A stretch of 64,000 nt of DNA from Leucoraja erinacea (Eukaryota), in NCBI RefSeq assembly GCF_028641065.1, contig NC_073409.1:12214001-12278000 (forward strand), given 5' to 3'. Shown here one piece after another: positions 13,183 to 25,365 of this stretch. Each line of letters starts with the position of its first letter. Position 1 is the first letter of the stretch. Below the pieces are notes generated by a model. It saw nothing but the letters and a program-made list of their open reading frames with translations. It was not told the DNA's origin and searched no databases. Position numbers and translations under genes: made by a program.

Positions 13183-13783
13183 AGGGCGACGAGAAACTGG
13201 TGACAGGACCCCCCCCCCCCCCCCCCCCGACAATGTCTACGACAGCTACAGCAACCTACCAACTAGTCGACGTCAAGCTACGGCAAGGTACCGTCAACTG
13301 GCGACCCATTAGCATGTCCACCTACGACAACCTATGACAACACAGGCGACCAGCTACGACAACCAAAGTCAACCTACGTCCACCCGTGACAAGCTACAAC
13401 AAGCAACGACCCTGTCGGCGACAATTGAAGACAACTGAAGACAATTCAGTCACCGGTATCTGTTGCCGGTTGACATAGGTAGTTGCCAATGGAATTCACC
13501 GGTCAGCACCCAGCGACAACCAACGTCACCTGGCGACAACCTGCGTCATCCTGGTGACAACCTATGACAGCACCTGCAACAGTAGAAGACAAGCTACGTC
13601 AAGCCCATAGTCGCCAAAAAGTTTTGAACATTTCAAAATCCAGCGGCGACTAGAAAAACATTACGACTCTCCAGGCATCCTCCAGAGACTGCTTACCACC
13701 ATACAGGCATCACCCCGCGACCATGTGGCGACAGCCTAGTCGCCTGTAGTCACTGAAAAAATCACTTAAGTGGGACAGGCCCT
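13183..13783. mobile_element. PIF/Harbinger-like MITE with CGACAAC-rich subterminal repeats
   Basis: Right end AAGTGGGACAGGCCCT followed by TAA; left end TAA-AGGG with the TIR mostly deleted; dense (C/T)GACAA(C/G) repeats inside. Confidence 0.65.
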
Positions 13784-14424
13784 TAAGGGTGTGGTATTTG
13801 CCTGAAGCTACCAGCGATAGCTATGGATCTCACTCACAGAATAACTGGGAGATGAGTGCATTTAATAGCTGGCTGCTCTCAGGAGAAGCCATCAATGCTG
13901 ACCAGAACCCAGAGCCTTGGATAACTGGAGATCCCTCATCTACCCTCTGAAGCCAATCATTGTTAAATGGAGTGTTAGCCATGGTGTCATCATTCAATGA
14001 GGATCTTTGCAGCTTTTAATGGAGAAATGGCTCTCTGGTAGGTGTAGTCCACTTTGAACATTCTACAGTAAGTTTGAAGTCTGTGACTCAAGTCAATAAA
14101 ACATCTCTCTAAATAGACCCATACAACAAGATAGCGTGATGTTCCATGAATGATTGACAAAGCTCATAAGTGTCACCCAGAAGTTCTAGGTTACGTTGGT
14201 AGGTAAGCATTCCCAATGGGTACAATTTCACCTGGAGATGACATGCGTGTGATCTAAACCAGGTAATATTGTTGTAAAACATGTTATGTGTATAAGAAGG
14301 GGGACAAATGCATTTCAATTTTTAGATAATCAGCTTCAAGCTCATACACCTGAGAGCCTGTACAACATTGTTAGAAACTCCACTGACTTCAGGCATTCAT
14401 ACAAAACAGGAAGGGTGCATTGTG

Positions 14425-14730
14425 TCACACCTGGCAGAGCTGCCATCTCACAATGCCAGAAACCCAGGTTCAATCCTGCCCTTGGATGTTGGCGGTGGGT
14501 AGTTTGCATACTCTCATATGGGTTTCATCTGCATCTTCCGATTCCCTACCACATCCCAGAGACGTGTGGACTTATAGTTCAATAGGCCTCAGTAAGTAGC
14601 CCCGAGTATGTAGAGTGAATCTGAAAGTGGGATAACATAGAACTAGTGTGAACGGGCAATCAAGGGTTGGTGTGGACACAGTTGGTCGAAGGGCCTGTTT
14701 CCATGCCCTATCTCTAAAAAAAACTAAACT
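14425..14730 (+). mobile_element. V-SINE (HE1-like), diverged
   Basis: B-box-like GGTTCAATCC, V-core remnants, and tail GAAGGGCCTGTTTCCATG..TCTCTAAA. Confidence 0.7.
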
Positions 14731-15464
14731 ACCAAGGTAAGTGTAATGACATTGTGAAAAAAATAGCTACCATATTTTATTTAGATTTAATGATTTTTCT
14801 TGGGAAAATTATTATACATGGAATGATATATTTACAGAAGAATTTGCCAGTGTTATTACAAATCTGCAAGCCAATTAAAGATCAAAATTGCACGATAAAA
14901 TTTTAACGTGGGAATAGGCCAATTGGCCCAACCTCCATACCAACCACTTCCAAAATCATCGCATCACCCAGCACTTGCTCTATAGCTGTCTAAGCCTAAA
15001 CAATTCAAGTGCTCATCTGGACACTTAACTGCTCTCAGCTACCCAGTCTGTGCTAGTGCTTATTTCCCACAAGAGTAGCAGCAACAATTTGCAATGGCAA
15101 TGATGTAGGAAAGCAGCTTAGGATGCTTGACTTGATCAGACAGCTGATTACTTGAGGACATATTAGGATATGTGATCAAAAATCTGGTTAACATTCTGAG
15201 ATGTTTGGATTATCTCAGAGAAAGTGAAGGAGGCAGCAATGTTTAGGGAGGGAGTTGAGGGCTCAGGCAGATGAGAGTGGCTGCTCCTGCGGTGAACTCA
15301 TTAAGCTCAAAGCTGTACAAAACGGCAGACTCATCCGAGCCCAATGATCTCAGAGTATGACAGGAATTGAGGAGTAAGGTGCTGGGAGGAGTGAAACCAT
15401 TGTGAGTTTTGAAAACCAAAAGCAAGAGATTTTTAACGCAGAATTTGCTGGGCCTAGAGCAGTC

Positions 15465-15990
15465 ATCAAGAGTGTTTAATTGTCATATGTACTGACAATG
15501 GAATTCTTATTTGCTGAGTGTATTGGGCCTATAAATGCAATACCACACATATAGTATATAATAATCTACAATAAATTAATAACCGTAATACAAAATAAAC
15601 ATAATGGTGCAAAACCAAAGTCTATAGTGCAACAAAGATAGTCTATAGAAATTCTGAGCTGCTACTGTTAGTGTTGTACAGTGTTCAAGAAGTTGATTGT
15701 TGCTAAGAAGCCGTTCTTCAACCTAGTTGTTACGGTTTTCAGGCTCTTGCACATTCTTCCTATTATAGTACCAGAATGAGAGCGTGGACGGGGATATATA
15801 TATATATATGATAAATATCTATCATATATCCCTGATGCTATTAGGGATGATATACATGACACTAATATTATCAGTGCTCATTTATGGGGTCTTTTATGAT
15901 ATTAGCTGTCTTTTTAAGGTAGCGCCTCCTATAGACTCCTTCAGTTGTGGGGAGGTCAGTACCTGTGATGGACTGGCTACTGTCTGCCAT
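15465..15990 (-). mobile_element. Rex1/Babar-like LINE 3' fragment
   Basis: TTTAATTGTCAT tail and AAGAAGCCGTTCTTCAACCT motif shared with the 16890-17930 element. Confidence 0.5.
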
Positions 15991-16889
15991 CCTGTACAAT
16001 AGACCAGTGATGGGTTAATGGTGCAAGTTAGGAGGCAGCAGCTGCGCCTAATCCCTATGCTAGCTCTATCCTGTCTCCATCAATTTTTGTTTTCTTCAAC
16101 CACCTATCCATCTATTAGATGCTGACAGTGCCCCTGTTTCAATCAGTCTCGTGATCCTTTGAGGAAAGGGCTGTTTAAATCTGATGATGATTGGATGTTT
16201 CCAAGGCACCCACCAATCTCACAGTAAGTGCATTTTGACATTGGTGTGAAGGACCACATTTTTCAACTTGCTATTCTTGATGTAATGAATATTTCAAATG
16301 ATCATGCTTGCTTAGCTAATCTATGCTAATGAACCTTAGTAATAGACTGTAACAGCCAGTCATTATTCCACATCAGACTTTTTATTGGAAGTAGTGTTTA
16401 ACAGCTCCCAGAGAAATCCTTGGAGATTCATAATTTTTTTATTTCCCTTTGTTGTAGATGTTAATTCATTGGAGAGTTCTGAATAATCATTGAGAAAACC
16501 ATAACCTTTCCTGTCAGATTATTGTCAATACCACTCAAGGATCAACTCTCCTCCTGTGTGACAAGTTATACCAACCTTGTGTGAATACCAACAAGGTCAC
16601 ACTTAGAATATTGTGGAGATTTAAGGATTGGAGCTAATGCAGAAAACAAGAGGACCAGTTTTACAATTATGAGGAGAGTCACAAAACTGAGCTGATTTAT
16701 TTCAGTAGGAAGAAGACTGAAGACAGATCTAGACGTGATGGGAGTGGGATATGCCCAAATAGATGTGATTTTATGCTTCTTTCTAAAGCAATCCTTTGGG
16801 ATTGAGGGCGATTTACTGCCACTCTGGTTCTGTGCACACTCTGGTGGCTGATAAGGCCAATATTGGAACCACAGACTATTCCACAGGGC

Positions 16890-17930
16890 ATAGAGTTTAT
16901 TGTCATGTATCCCAGATAGGACAATGAAATTCTTGCTTTGCTTCAGCACAACAGAATATTGCAAGCATAAATAATACAGAACAGATCAGTGTGTCCATAT
17001 ACCAGTGAATATTATGCACATACACACATAAATAAGCATATAAAGTGCAGTAGGCTAATTAAAGTTCAGATTTTGTTTGAGTTTAATTTAATAGTCTGAT
17101 GGCTGTGGGGAAGCAGCTATTCCTGAACCTGGTTGTTGCAGATTTCAGGCTCCTGTACCTTCTACCTGAAGGCAGTGGAGAGAAGAGTGTGTGGCCAGGA
17201 TGGTGTGGGTCCTAGATGATGCTGCCAGCCTTTTTGAGGCAGTGACTGTGGTAGATCCCCTCGATGGTAGGGAGGTCAAAGCCGATGATGGACTGGGCAG
17301 TGTTTACAACTTTTTCAGTCTTTTCCGCTCCTGGGCGCACAAGTTGCCGAACCAATCCATGATGCAAGCGGTCAGCCTGCTCTCTACTGTGCACCTGTAG
17401 AAGTTCGAGAGAGTCCTCCTCGACATACCGACTCTCCGTAATCTTCTCAGGAAGTAGAGGCGCTGATGTGCTTTCTTTATAATTGCTCAGTTCTGGGACC
17501 AGGAGAGATCTTCGGAAAAATGCACGCCCAGGAATTTGAAGCTCTTGACCCTTTCCACCATTGACCCGTTGATATAAACGGGACTGTGGGTCCCCATCCT
17601 ACCCCTTCCAAAGTCCACAATCAGTTCCTTGGTTTTGCTGGTGTTGAGAGCCAGGTTATTGTGCTGGCATCATTTGATCAGGCGGTCGATCTCACTTCTA
17701 TACTCTGACTCGTCTCCATCAGTGATATTTCCCACAAAAGTGGTGTCGTCGGTGAACTTGATGATGGAGTTCACACTGTGTCCAGCTTACACAGTTATGA
17801 GTATAGAGTGAGGACAGCAGGGGGCTGAGCACGCAGCCTTGAGGTGCTCCCGTGCTGATTGTTATCGAGCCTGACACATTTCCACCAATGCGAACAGACT
17901 GGTGTGTGAATGAGGAAGTCAAGGATCCAA
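16890..17930 (-). mobile_element. Rex1/Babar-like LINE, RT C-terminal half (inactive)
   Basis: RT motif ITISTGAPQGCVLSPLLSSLYTH, then KFTDDT-like, LYFLRRLR and HCLKKAGSII segments; frameshifted. Confidence 0.8.
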
Positions 17931-18428
17931 TTACTACAATGTGGAAACAGGCCCTTCGGCCCAACTTGCCCACACCAGCCAAAATGTCCCAGCTACATTA
18001 GTCCCACCTGTCACCATTTGATCCATATCCCTCCAAACCTGTCCATTCCATGTACATGTCGAACTGTTTCTTAAATGTTGGGATAGTCCCTGCCTCAACT
18101 ACCTCCTCTGGCAGCTTGTTCCATACATCCACTACCCTTTGTGTGAAAATGTTACCCCTCAGATTCCTATTAAATATTTTCCCCTTCATCTTAAACCTAT
18201 GTCCTCTGGTCCTCGATTCACCTACTCTGGGCAATTGACACTATGGGTCTACCCAATCTATTCTTCTCATGGTCTTATCCACCTCTATAAGATCACCCCT
18301 CATTCTCCTGCGCTCCAAGAAATAGAGCCCCAGCCTACTCAATATCTCTGTCTATAGCTCAGACCCTCTAGTCCTGGCAACATCCTTGTAAATCTTCTCT
18401 ATACCCTTTCCAGCTTGACAACATCTTG
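17931..18428 (-). mobile_element. CR1-clade (HER1-like) LINE 3' end
   Basis: SRTRGHRFKMKG..FTQRVVDVWNKLPEEVVEA is the typical CR1 ORF2 C-terminus; tail GGGCCGAAGGGCCTGTTTCC. Confidence 0.85.
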
Positions 18429-18657
18429 TGGTACTTTTTAGTTTTTTTGCTGTCTTTTTAAAAAATTGTAGAATTTATGTGCAATTTATGTTTGTGTATC
18501 TGAGTTTATATGCCCGTGTTGCTGCTGCAAGCAACGAGCACCTTGTCAAGTAAAACATGGCAGTGTCACTTTTTCAGTGAGCACGAGTTATCTTACAGTT
18601 GTTAATAGAGTTCACCTGGCATTGTTTACCTAGCTGCCTTGATAAGGCTCAATATAC

Positions 18658-18745
18658 AGTCTGAAGAAGAGTCTCGACCCGAAACGTCACCCATTCTTTC
18701 CCTCCAGTGATGCTGCCTGTCCCGCTGAGTTACTCCAGCATTTTG
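18658..18745 (+). ncRNA. Minimal type I hammerhead ribozyme motif in a Penelope-derived repeat
   Basis: CTGAAGA-A-GAGTCTCGACCC-GAAA-CGTC-ACCC: CUGANGA core, stem II (one mismatch), GAAA, palindromic ACGT stem III and GUC cleavage triplet (~18688). Stem I is very short; activity unknown. Confidence 0.5.
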
Positions 18746-19699
18746 TTTTTTTAAATATTTCAAAATATACTTTATTCGAGAAATAAATATATACAATACA
18801 TGATCCTTACAAATCTCCATCCGACATTCTCGGAGGCTATACATACATACAATAGTTTCCCCAAATCACAAATTTATCCCCCCCCCCCCCCCCCCCTCCC
18901 CCACCTTGCCACTCATGTGACCCACTGGCGTGGAATCCCCTCCCTTATTTTGAGGGTCGAAGCCCATACATTGACCAGGTGTAGAACAGGAGCTGGATTT
19001 GGGATGCTGGAGAAAGCAGGAGCAGTGTCTCCGACATTGCACATGTTTTCGGTCAGTTGACCATGTGACCACTCAAACTTGTTCTGTCATTTTGATAAGA
19101 TCATGGCTGATCTAGTTGTAACTGTGATTGCATGAAAGTATGATGGAAGATTGTTTGCTGTTGCGTTTTGCACAAGGTAAGACCTGATGAATGGGCTGAC
19201 CTGGATGCTTGCAGGGGAAGGCATGGGCCCACATCTGAACGGATTCCTTCTGTTTTTTCTAACTGCACTTCTCAAGTGCTTCGCTCAGTATAAAGCCCTA
19301 GGTTTAAAGGTATGATCCCCATGTCCATCGTAATGATCACATTTCTATTATTTCCCACAATCGCATTAGAAAGGAGATTTCCTATGTCAACATGTCACGC
19401 TGCGACCACACTCCCCCTGTTGGCCACATGGGAGGGAACTATGTTTACAGCATTTCAAATACAGTGCAGATTTGGACACAACGTTAATCTTGGGGAATAG
19501 TGACATTTGGTGAACGCAAAATGTCAGCAAATGGGGATCACAGAAATCCACTTTATAGACTTATCAATTGAACATCCGAAGTTTTGGCGTCTAACGTGTC
19601 TTTTTTCAAGTGAAGTTGCGCAGTTACCGTTTACATTTCCCAATTTACATCGTTTGTAATTATTTATTTCCTGGTTTAGCACCCTGTCCTCCAGCAACA

Positions 19700-20111
19700 G
19701 CTATTCCGCGGTCGTGCGGTTGGCTCTGGCGAGCTCTGAGCACTCAGCTGAAGCGCTGACGCATTTCCGAGGCGGGCGGGGGGGGGGGGGATGTGTAGCG
19801 GCCGGCTGCGGGCAACTGGATACAAAGAGGCGGGCGGGCGGCAGAAACAGCAACAGCAGCCACTTGCTACACTTGTGGCGGCACGACGGGCGGAGGGAGA
19901 CAGCGCACGGATCGGGTCTGGGGAAGGCGGCGCCTCCGTGATCCGCCGGCAACACAGGCGGAACTGAGATTGTGAAGCAGGAGGGACGGGAGAGGTCGGC
20001 TCGGCTCGGCTCGGCGGCAGGAGGGGCGACACTCGTACCCACACGTGTGTGTACACGCAGGGCAGCACCCAGCTCCGACAGCGCTCAGGCCAGCACCCAA
20101 CCTCGGTCACC
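19700..20111 (+). promoter_or_regulatory. MAP2K1: MAP2K1 CpG-island promoter and 5' UTR
   Basis: High GC/CpG, GC boxes (GGGCGG) and (GGCTC)n directly upstream of the ATG in context CACCATG. Confidence 0.75.
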
Positions 20112-20191
20112 ATGCCCAAGAAGAAGCCGGGACCCATTCAGCTGCACCCGAGTCCCGATGGATCAGCAATCAACGGCACCACTTCCGCAGA
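20112..20191 (+). CDS. MAP2K1: MAP2K1 (MEK1) exon 1, 80 nt: [26 protein letters not shown](E)
   Basis: ERK-docking D-domain; donor GTAAG at 20192. The 11 exons join in frame to 1182 nt / 393 aa. Confidence 0.96.
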
Positions 20192-20809
20192 GTAAGAGAG
20201 CTCAGTCCCAGCAGCCGCTGTTTATAAGTAGTGTTCACGGAGGCGACGCCGCTGATTGCCGTTGGGAATGAATGGGACGGGAATTCTGATCCTTTGGGCA
20301 TTGTCAATTCCCGACCAGGGAGCAAACCTGGTCGCAAGACCGGGCGGGGTTTGATGTGGGCCCGCGGTGGCTGTGAGGTGGCTCAGGCGTTGCAGTTCAC
20401 AGTGTTCGTCGCTGTCCGTGGAAACCGAGGGTCCGACTCCGGGCCACTCCCCGATGGGGAACCCTGTCACTGTGCAGCGTGGTCACGGCAGGAGGGGTTG
20501 TGGTCAGGCAAAGTCTCACCCTCAAGTACAGAAAGTTTAGTAGCTCGACTAGAGACCCCTACGGTCAGAAAAGGGGGGACATCCTATTTGGGAGTAGAGA
20601 AATGGCAGAACAATTGAACACATACTTTGGAGACTGCAGATATTAGAATCTTAAGCACAATACAAATTGCTGGAGGAATTCAGCGGGTCAGGCAGCGTCT
20701 ATGGAGGAAATGACCAGCCGACGTTTCGCGTTGGGTCCCTGCAGAGTGGAGTTGGGGGAAGCAACCTGGCAAAGGGATTGGGTGGGGCAAAACCTGGCTG
20801 GTTATAAGT

Positions 20810-21905
20810 GTTAAATTACAATAACAGAACACTTGGAAAGTATTAATAGGATTGGTCAAAGTCAGTATGGGATTATGACAGGGTTATTGTACTGGACTAC
20901 TTGAGAATGGAGGTTTTACAATCGACAGAGAGCCAGTGGATGTGGTACATTTGGAGTTCCAGAAGGATTTTGATTAGGTGGTGCTGCAGGGATCAATGCT
21001 TGATCAACGCTTTCTAGCTACTCGCTATAAAAATCAATGTTTTAGACATGGTTCTAAACGGAACATCTCCAGGTTTGCAAACAGCACACTCCTGATCGAA
21101 GTGTAAGATGCAAGAAGGATGCAAAGAGGCTCCACTGTGATTTAGACAAGTTGGGTGAGAGGACAAATGCATGACAGATCCAATATAGATAAATGTGATG
21201 TTATCCACTTTCTTTCTAAAATCAGAAATGCTTTATTATATGAAAGGTAATTGACTGGGATGGGGGGAGGTGCAAAAGACCTGATTGATTTTGTTCACCG
21301 GTCACAGAAAACTGGTGGGAAGGCAAATGGTAAGTGGGACTTTATAGCAGATCCAAAGTTGTCTTGCTGTACAAGTACTTAGTGAGACCCGACCTGGAGT
21401 TTGTATGTAATTTTGTCTCAGAGGAAATATATTCTTGCCTTGGAAGGTTTACTGGAATAATCTCTGAAAGAGGAGAGATTTGGTAAATTAGGCCCGCATT
21501 CACGGATTAGAAGAATCTCATAGAAAACTAAAATTCTTTGGACTAGACACCTATTGGGTTTCCCAATATTGAGAGTCCAGAACCAGGGTTGACACCTCAA
21601 GATAAGGAGGTTTAGGAAAGATTTCTTCAGCCAGTGGGTGATGAGCCTGTGAAAATTGCTACCACAAGACTGGAAGCCAAGTCACATGTTGAAGAAGGAA
21701 TTGGACATATTTCTTGACTGTATTGGTTTGTCATTATCATGTGTACCAAGTTGCACTGAAATGGTTTTGTTTGACAAAGCGATCAAGGGATCTGGGGGGA
21801 ATAGCAGTGACAAGGTACTGAGATGGGTGCATGACCACCATCATGTTGAATAGTGAAGGAGATCTGAAGGGCTGAATGGCCTTGTCCCATTCTTGTTTTC
21901 TACAT
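20810..21905 (+). mobile_element. Highly decayed CR1-like LINE
   Basis: Remnants such as GTGGATGTGGTACATTTGGAGTTCCAGAAGG (VDVVYLDFQK-like), SRTRG-like GAGTCCAGAACCAGGG and tail GAAGGGCTGAATGGCC. Confidence 0.65.
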
Positions 21906-23529
21906 TATAGGCTGGGATACGTAGCTGGAACTGTCTAAATAAAATAAAAAATTGTAGGTCCTATCTTGTTTTTACATTTCTGTTATTTAATTCCTACTTT
22001 AAGATACAGAGATATTGTGTTTATCTATTGGACTGTCATCCAGTGACTTATCCTATTAATCTGAAGATGTGAATTCAAATTGCACTGCTCATTTGTGCAG
22101 GTGGTGTATGAGGATGTGTACCAGATAACAGGAGAAATGCCAGTGGGTTGCTCAAGAATGTGGTTGAGAATCTGAAACAAATTACGATGTTACTGAAGTG
22201 TCTTTGCAGTTTTTAAAGATGGAGTGGTTCTTGATAAACAAGTAGGTGAAAAGTTACCGTAGGTTGGTGAGAACATGGAGTTGAGGTCAGTCAGATCAGC
22301 CACAACCTTATCAAATGGCAGAGCAGAGCTGCTAATTTTCTGTTTGTGCTGGTGACCCTGTATTCAGCTGCAACTGCTACACAGCACTGTATTTGTAGCA
22401 AAAATATTTACTTATGACGAGCTCGCTGAAGTAGGGATCAGCTTTACTTAATCTAAGAAATATTTGGTGGACGGTTGCCACATATTTCAAGTCTTAACTG
22501 CAATGAAACTGCAGGTATGCATGTCTGCACAATAAAAATGTTAAAAAAGAAAATTCTGGGAATTAAGTAATCATCAAATGGATAATAGTTTGTTCCTCTG
22601 TGGAAATAATCATTCTGGAAAGTGACTATGCTGACAGGCCATCAAGAGAACATTCCCCCAGGGAACCATTTAATATTGATCATCTCCAGTGGACATTTCG
22701 GTTCCAGTCTTCTTGAATAATGAAATGTTATCTGTCGTAGCTACCAGGAAATTTTCAGCAGGGTAGTTTTCAAACTTTACCTGAGGAAGTAATGACCGCA
22801 AGTTTGATTTTCTACGGTACTTTTCAGTCCTATTCTGGGTTCAGGTACTTGAGCGCACACACCCTGATTGCTGTACAACTGGTATTGCCTTCCTTTGCAG
22901 AAGCAAATGTCGAGCTAGATCTCGGGCTGTAATAGATCCCACCTCAGGATGAGAAATTAAATTCTCCCCCGTCTTGCTCGATGTGGCTTCTGTCACTGCT
23001 TTGTTGCAGCCTGTGTGCCTCCAGCAATCAGCAGCATCTACATTGTGGCAGGAAAGTGCTGAAAAATGTGGAAAGGTGTAATTTCCATGTATACCCCTCA
23101 TTCCCCAACAAAGAACAGCCAACAATTTCTGGGCAGCAGCAAGACATTGGTTTAGTTACTGCACTGTTGGTCCCAGTGAAATGAATGTCACCCCAAGGCA
23201 GCTGTGTAATATGCTTTTAGTTCGATAAACATGGTTATAGAGCTGGTTCTAGTACTGGTGATTGTAAAACCACTGGATTGTCATTTTGAACCAATTTACG
23301 TGGTCATCTGTTCCAGAGAAGGGAATCTGCTGTCTTTACCTGGTCTGTGTAGTTAGTCATTAATAGACCAACAAGTCACTCTGTTGAAGGGCAGTTAAAA
23401 ATGGGTTTTAAAAAAAATACTGGCATTGCCACCATGGGTCACAGCTGTCCATAAATATTGAGAATGCTGTAAGCTCTAATTCTACTCGGTTGGATGGTGG
23501 GAAAGGTTTGGGATATTAGGGAGTAAGTC

Positions 23530-24060
23530 ACGCTGCAAGATGTATCTGCTTTTTTAGCTACAGCATCATTTATGTGCCTGGTTCGGACTGGTTATTGGTG
23601 ACCCCTAGGATGTTGATGGCCTCAGCGATGGTAATGACATTGAATGTCGAGGACATGTGGCCTGAGTCTCTTTTATTGGTGGTAGCCATCACCTGATCTG
23701 AGTGTTACTTATCACTTGAATATTGTCTAGGAATTTCTACAGGCAGCCATGGACTTGTTCATTAAGGTGTTGTCAACAGAATTGACCATCGTGCAATCAT
23801 CGGTGAACATCCCCACTTCTGACCGATGGTCATTGATGAAGCAGTTGAAGTGGTTGGACCTTGGACACTGCCCTGAGGAACTTCTGCAGTGGGGTCCTGG
23901 GTCTGGGATGATTGATTTGGGGTCACAGCTATCTTCCTTTGTATGACACCAGCAGTTGGTGCCATTTCCCCTTTGTGCAAGCTGACCATGGTTTCACCAG
24001 GGTTTGTGGAAGCCACACTTTGTCAAATGTTGACACTAGGAACTTTAGATGTTGAATCGT
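23530..24060 (-). mobile_element. Old LINE RT remnant (CR1/L2-like)
   Basis: EVPQGSVQGP matches the (G)VPQGSVLGP RT motif. Confidence 0.55.
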
Positions 24061-24489
24061 ATGCTAATTTCCTCAAGCACTTTATTTTTTGCATTATCAA
24101 ATGTCTTGATATCAATGGTAGTCACACTCTCCTTTGAAATTAGTTCTTTGGCTCATGTTTGGACCAAGGCTGTGCATTAGTGCACAGGCTATTGGAAGGT
24201 TAATGCTTCTAGATAGCAGTGCTACTTGCTGTGACTGCCATTTTGGGTAAACTGATTGATCCACGAGGGTGATTCGTGATTGCAGTGTAATTGATAGCTG
24301 CACTTTAGGAGGTTGCCTCTTGCATTTCACCATCTGGCACCTGTCAAAATTTGCATATCTCTTAAAGCTGCCTTTGTTGTAGACGCTCAATGGTGATGTA
24401 AACAGTTCTTAGCAGTGAGGTACTTGTTTGTAGCAGATTCACCAGGATTATTACGTGTCTGAAGGTGTTAATGTGAACAAGTTGCATTG

Positions 24490-25090
24490 ATCAAATGTGG
24501 AAAGCATTATCCATTTGGTGGTCATGTTGCAGTTGTATAAGATATTGGTGAGGCTGCATTTAGAGTATTGTGTTCAGTTCTAGGCACCATGTTATAGGAC
24601 ATGTTTTGTCAAGGGTACATGAAGATTTACAAGGATGTTGCCAGGACTAGAAGATCTGAGATACAGGGAGAGGTTAAGTTGGCTGGGACTCTATTCCTTG
24701 GAGAGCAGGAGGATGAGGGGTGATCTTATAGAGGTGTATAAAATCATGAGAGGAATAGATCAGGTAGATGCACAGTCTTGCCCAAAGTAGGTGAATCAAG
24801 GACCAGAGGATATAGGTTTAAGGTGAAGGGGAAAAGATTTAGAGGAATCTGAGGGGTAATGTTTTCACACAAAGCATGATGGGTGTATGGAACGAGCTGC
24901 CAGAGGTAGTTGAAGCAGGGACTATCCCAGCGTTTAAAACAAACAGTTAGACAGGTACATGGATGGGATGGGTTTGGTGGGATATGGACCAAGCGCGGGC
25001 AGGTGGGTCTAATGTAGCCGAGACATGTTGGCAATAGAGGGCAAGTTGGGCCGAAGGGCCTGTTTCCACGATGTATCGCTCTATGACATC
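24490..25090 (+). mobile_element. CR1-clade (HER1-like) LINE 3' end
   Basis: Close match to 17931-18428 in reverse orientation; LYKILVRLHLEYCVQF-like segment. Confidence 0.85.
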
Positions 25091-25267
25091 ATTTAAATCT
25101 GTTGTTCCTGGCGTTCTCTTCCGTTTGATAGCATCCAGGAGGTTGTCCTTGTTTCCTGGCATCAATGTCAGTTCCAATTCAGCGTTGCTTGGGGACTTAA
25201 TAGGTCTGGCTGAGGCGTTTCAGGAAGGAAGGATTTGGGTAAGGTGGGGAGAGAGGCAGAGAGTTTA

Positions 25268-25365
25268 GCCTGAAGAAGGGTCCCAATGCAAAACGTCACC
25301 CATCATTTTTCTCCGGAGATGCTGCCTGACCTGCTGAGTTACTTCAGCACTTTGTACCTATCTTC
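25268..25365 (+). mobile_element. Penelope-derived short repeat with hammerhead-like core
   Basis: CTGAAGAAGGGTCCCAATGCAAAACGTCACCC followed by GATGCTGCCTGACCTGCTGAGTTAC. Confidence 0.6.

Noticed and set aside
19676-20617. Multiple ORFs on both strands around MAP2K1 exon 1
   Set aside because: Expected from the stop-poor CpG island; only the 80-nt exon matches a protein.
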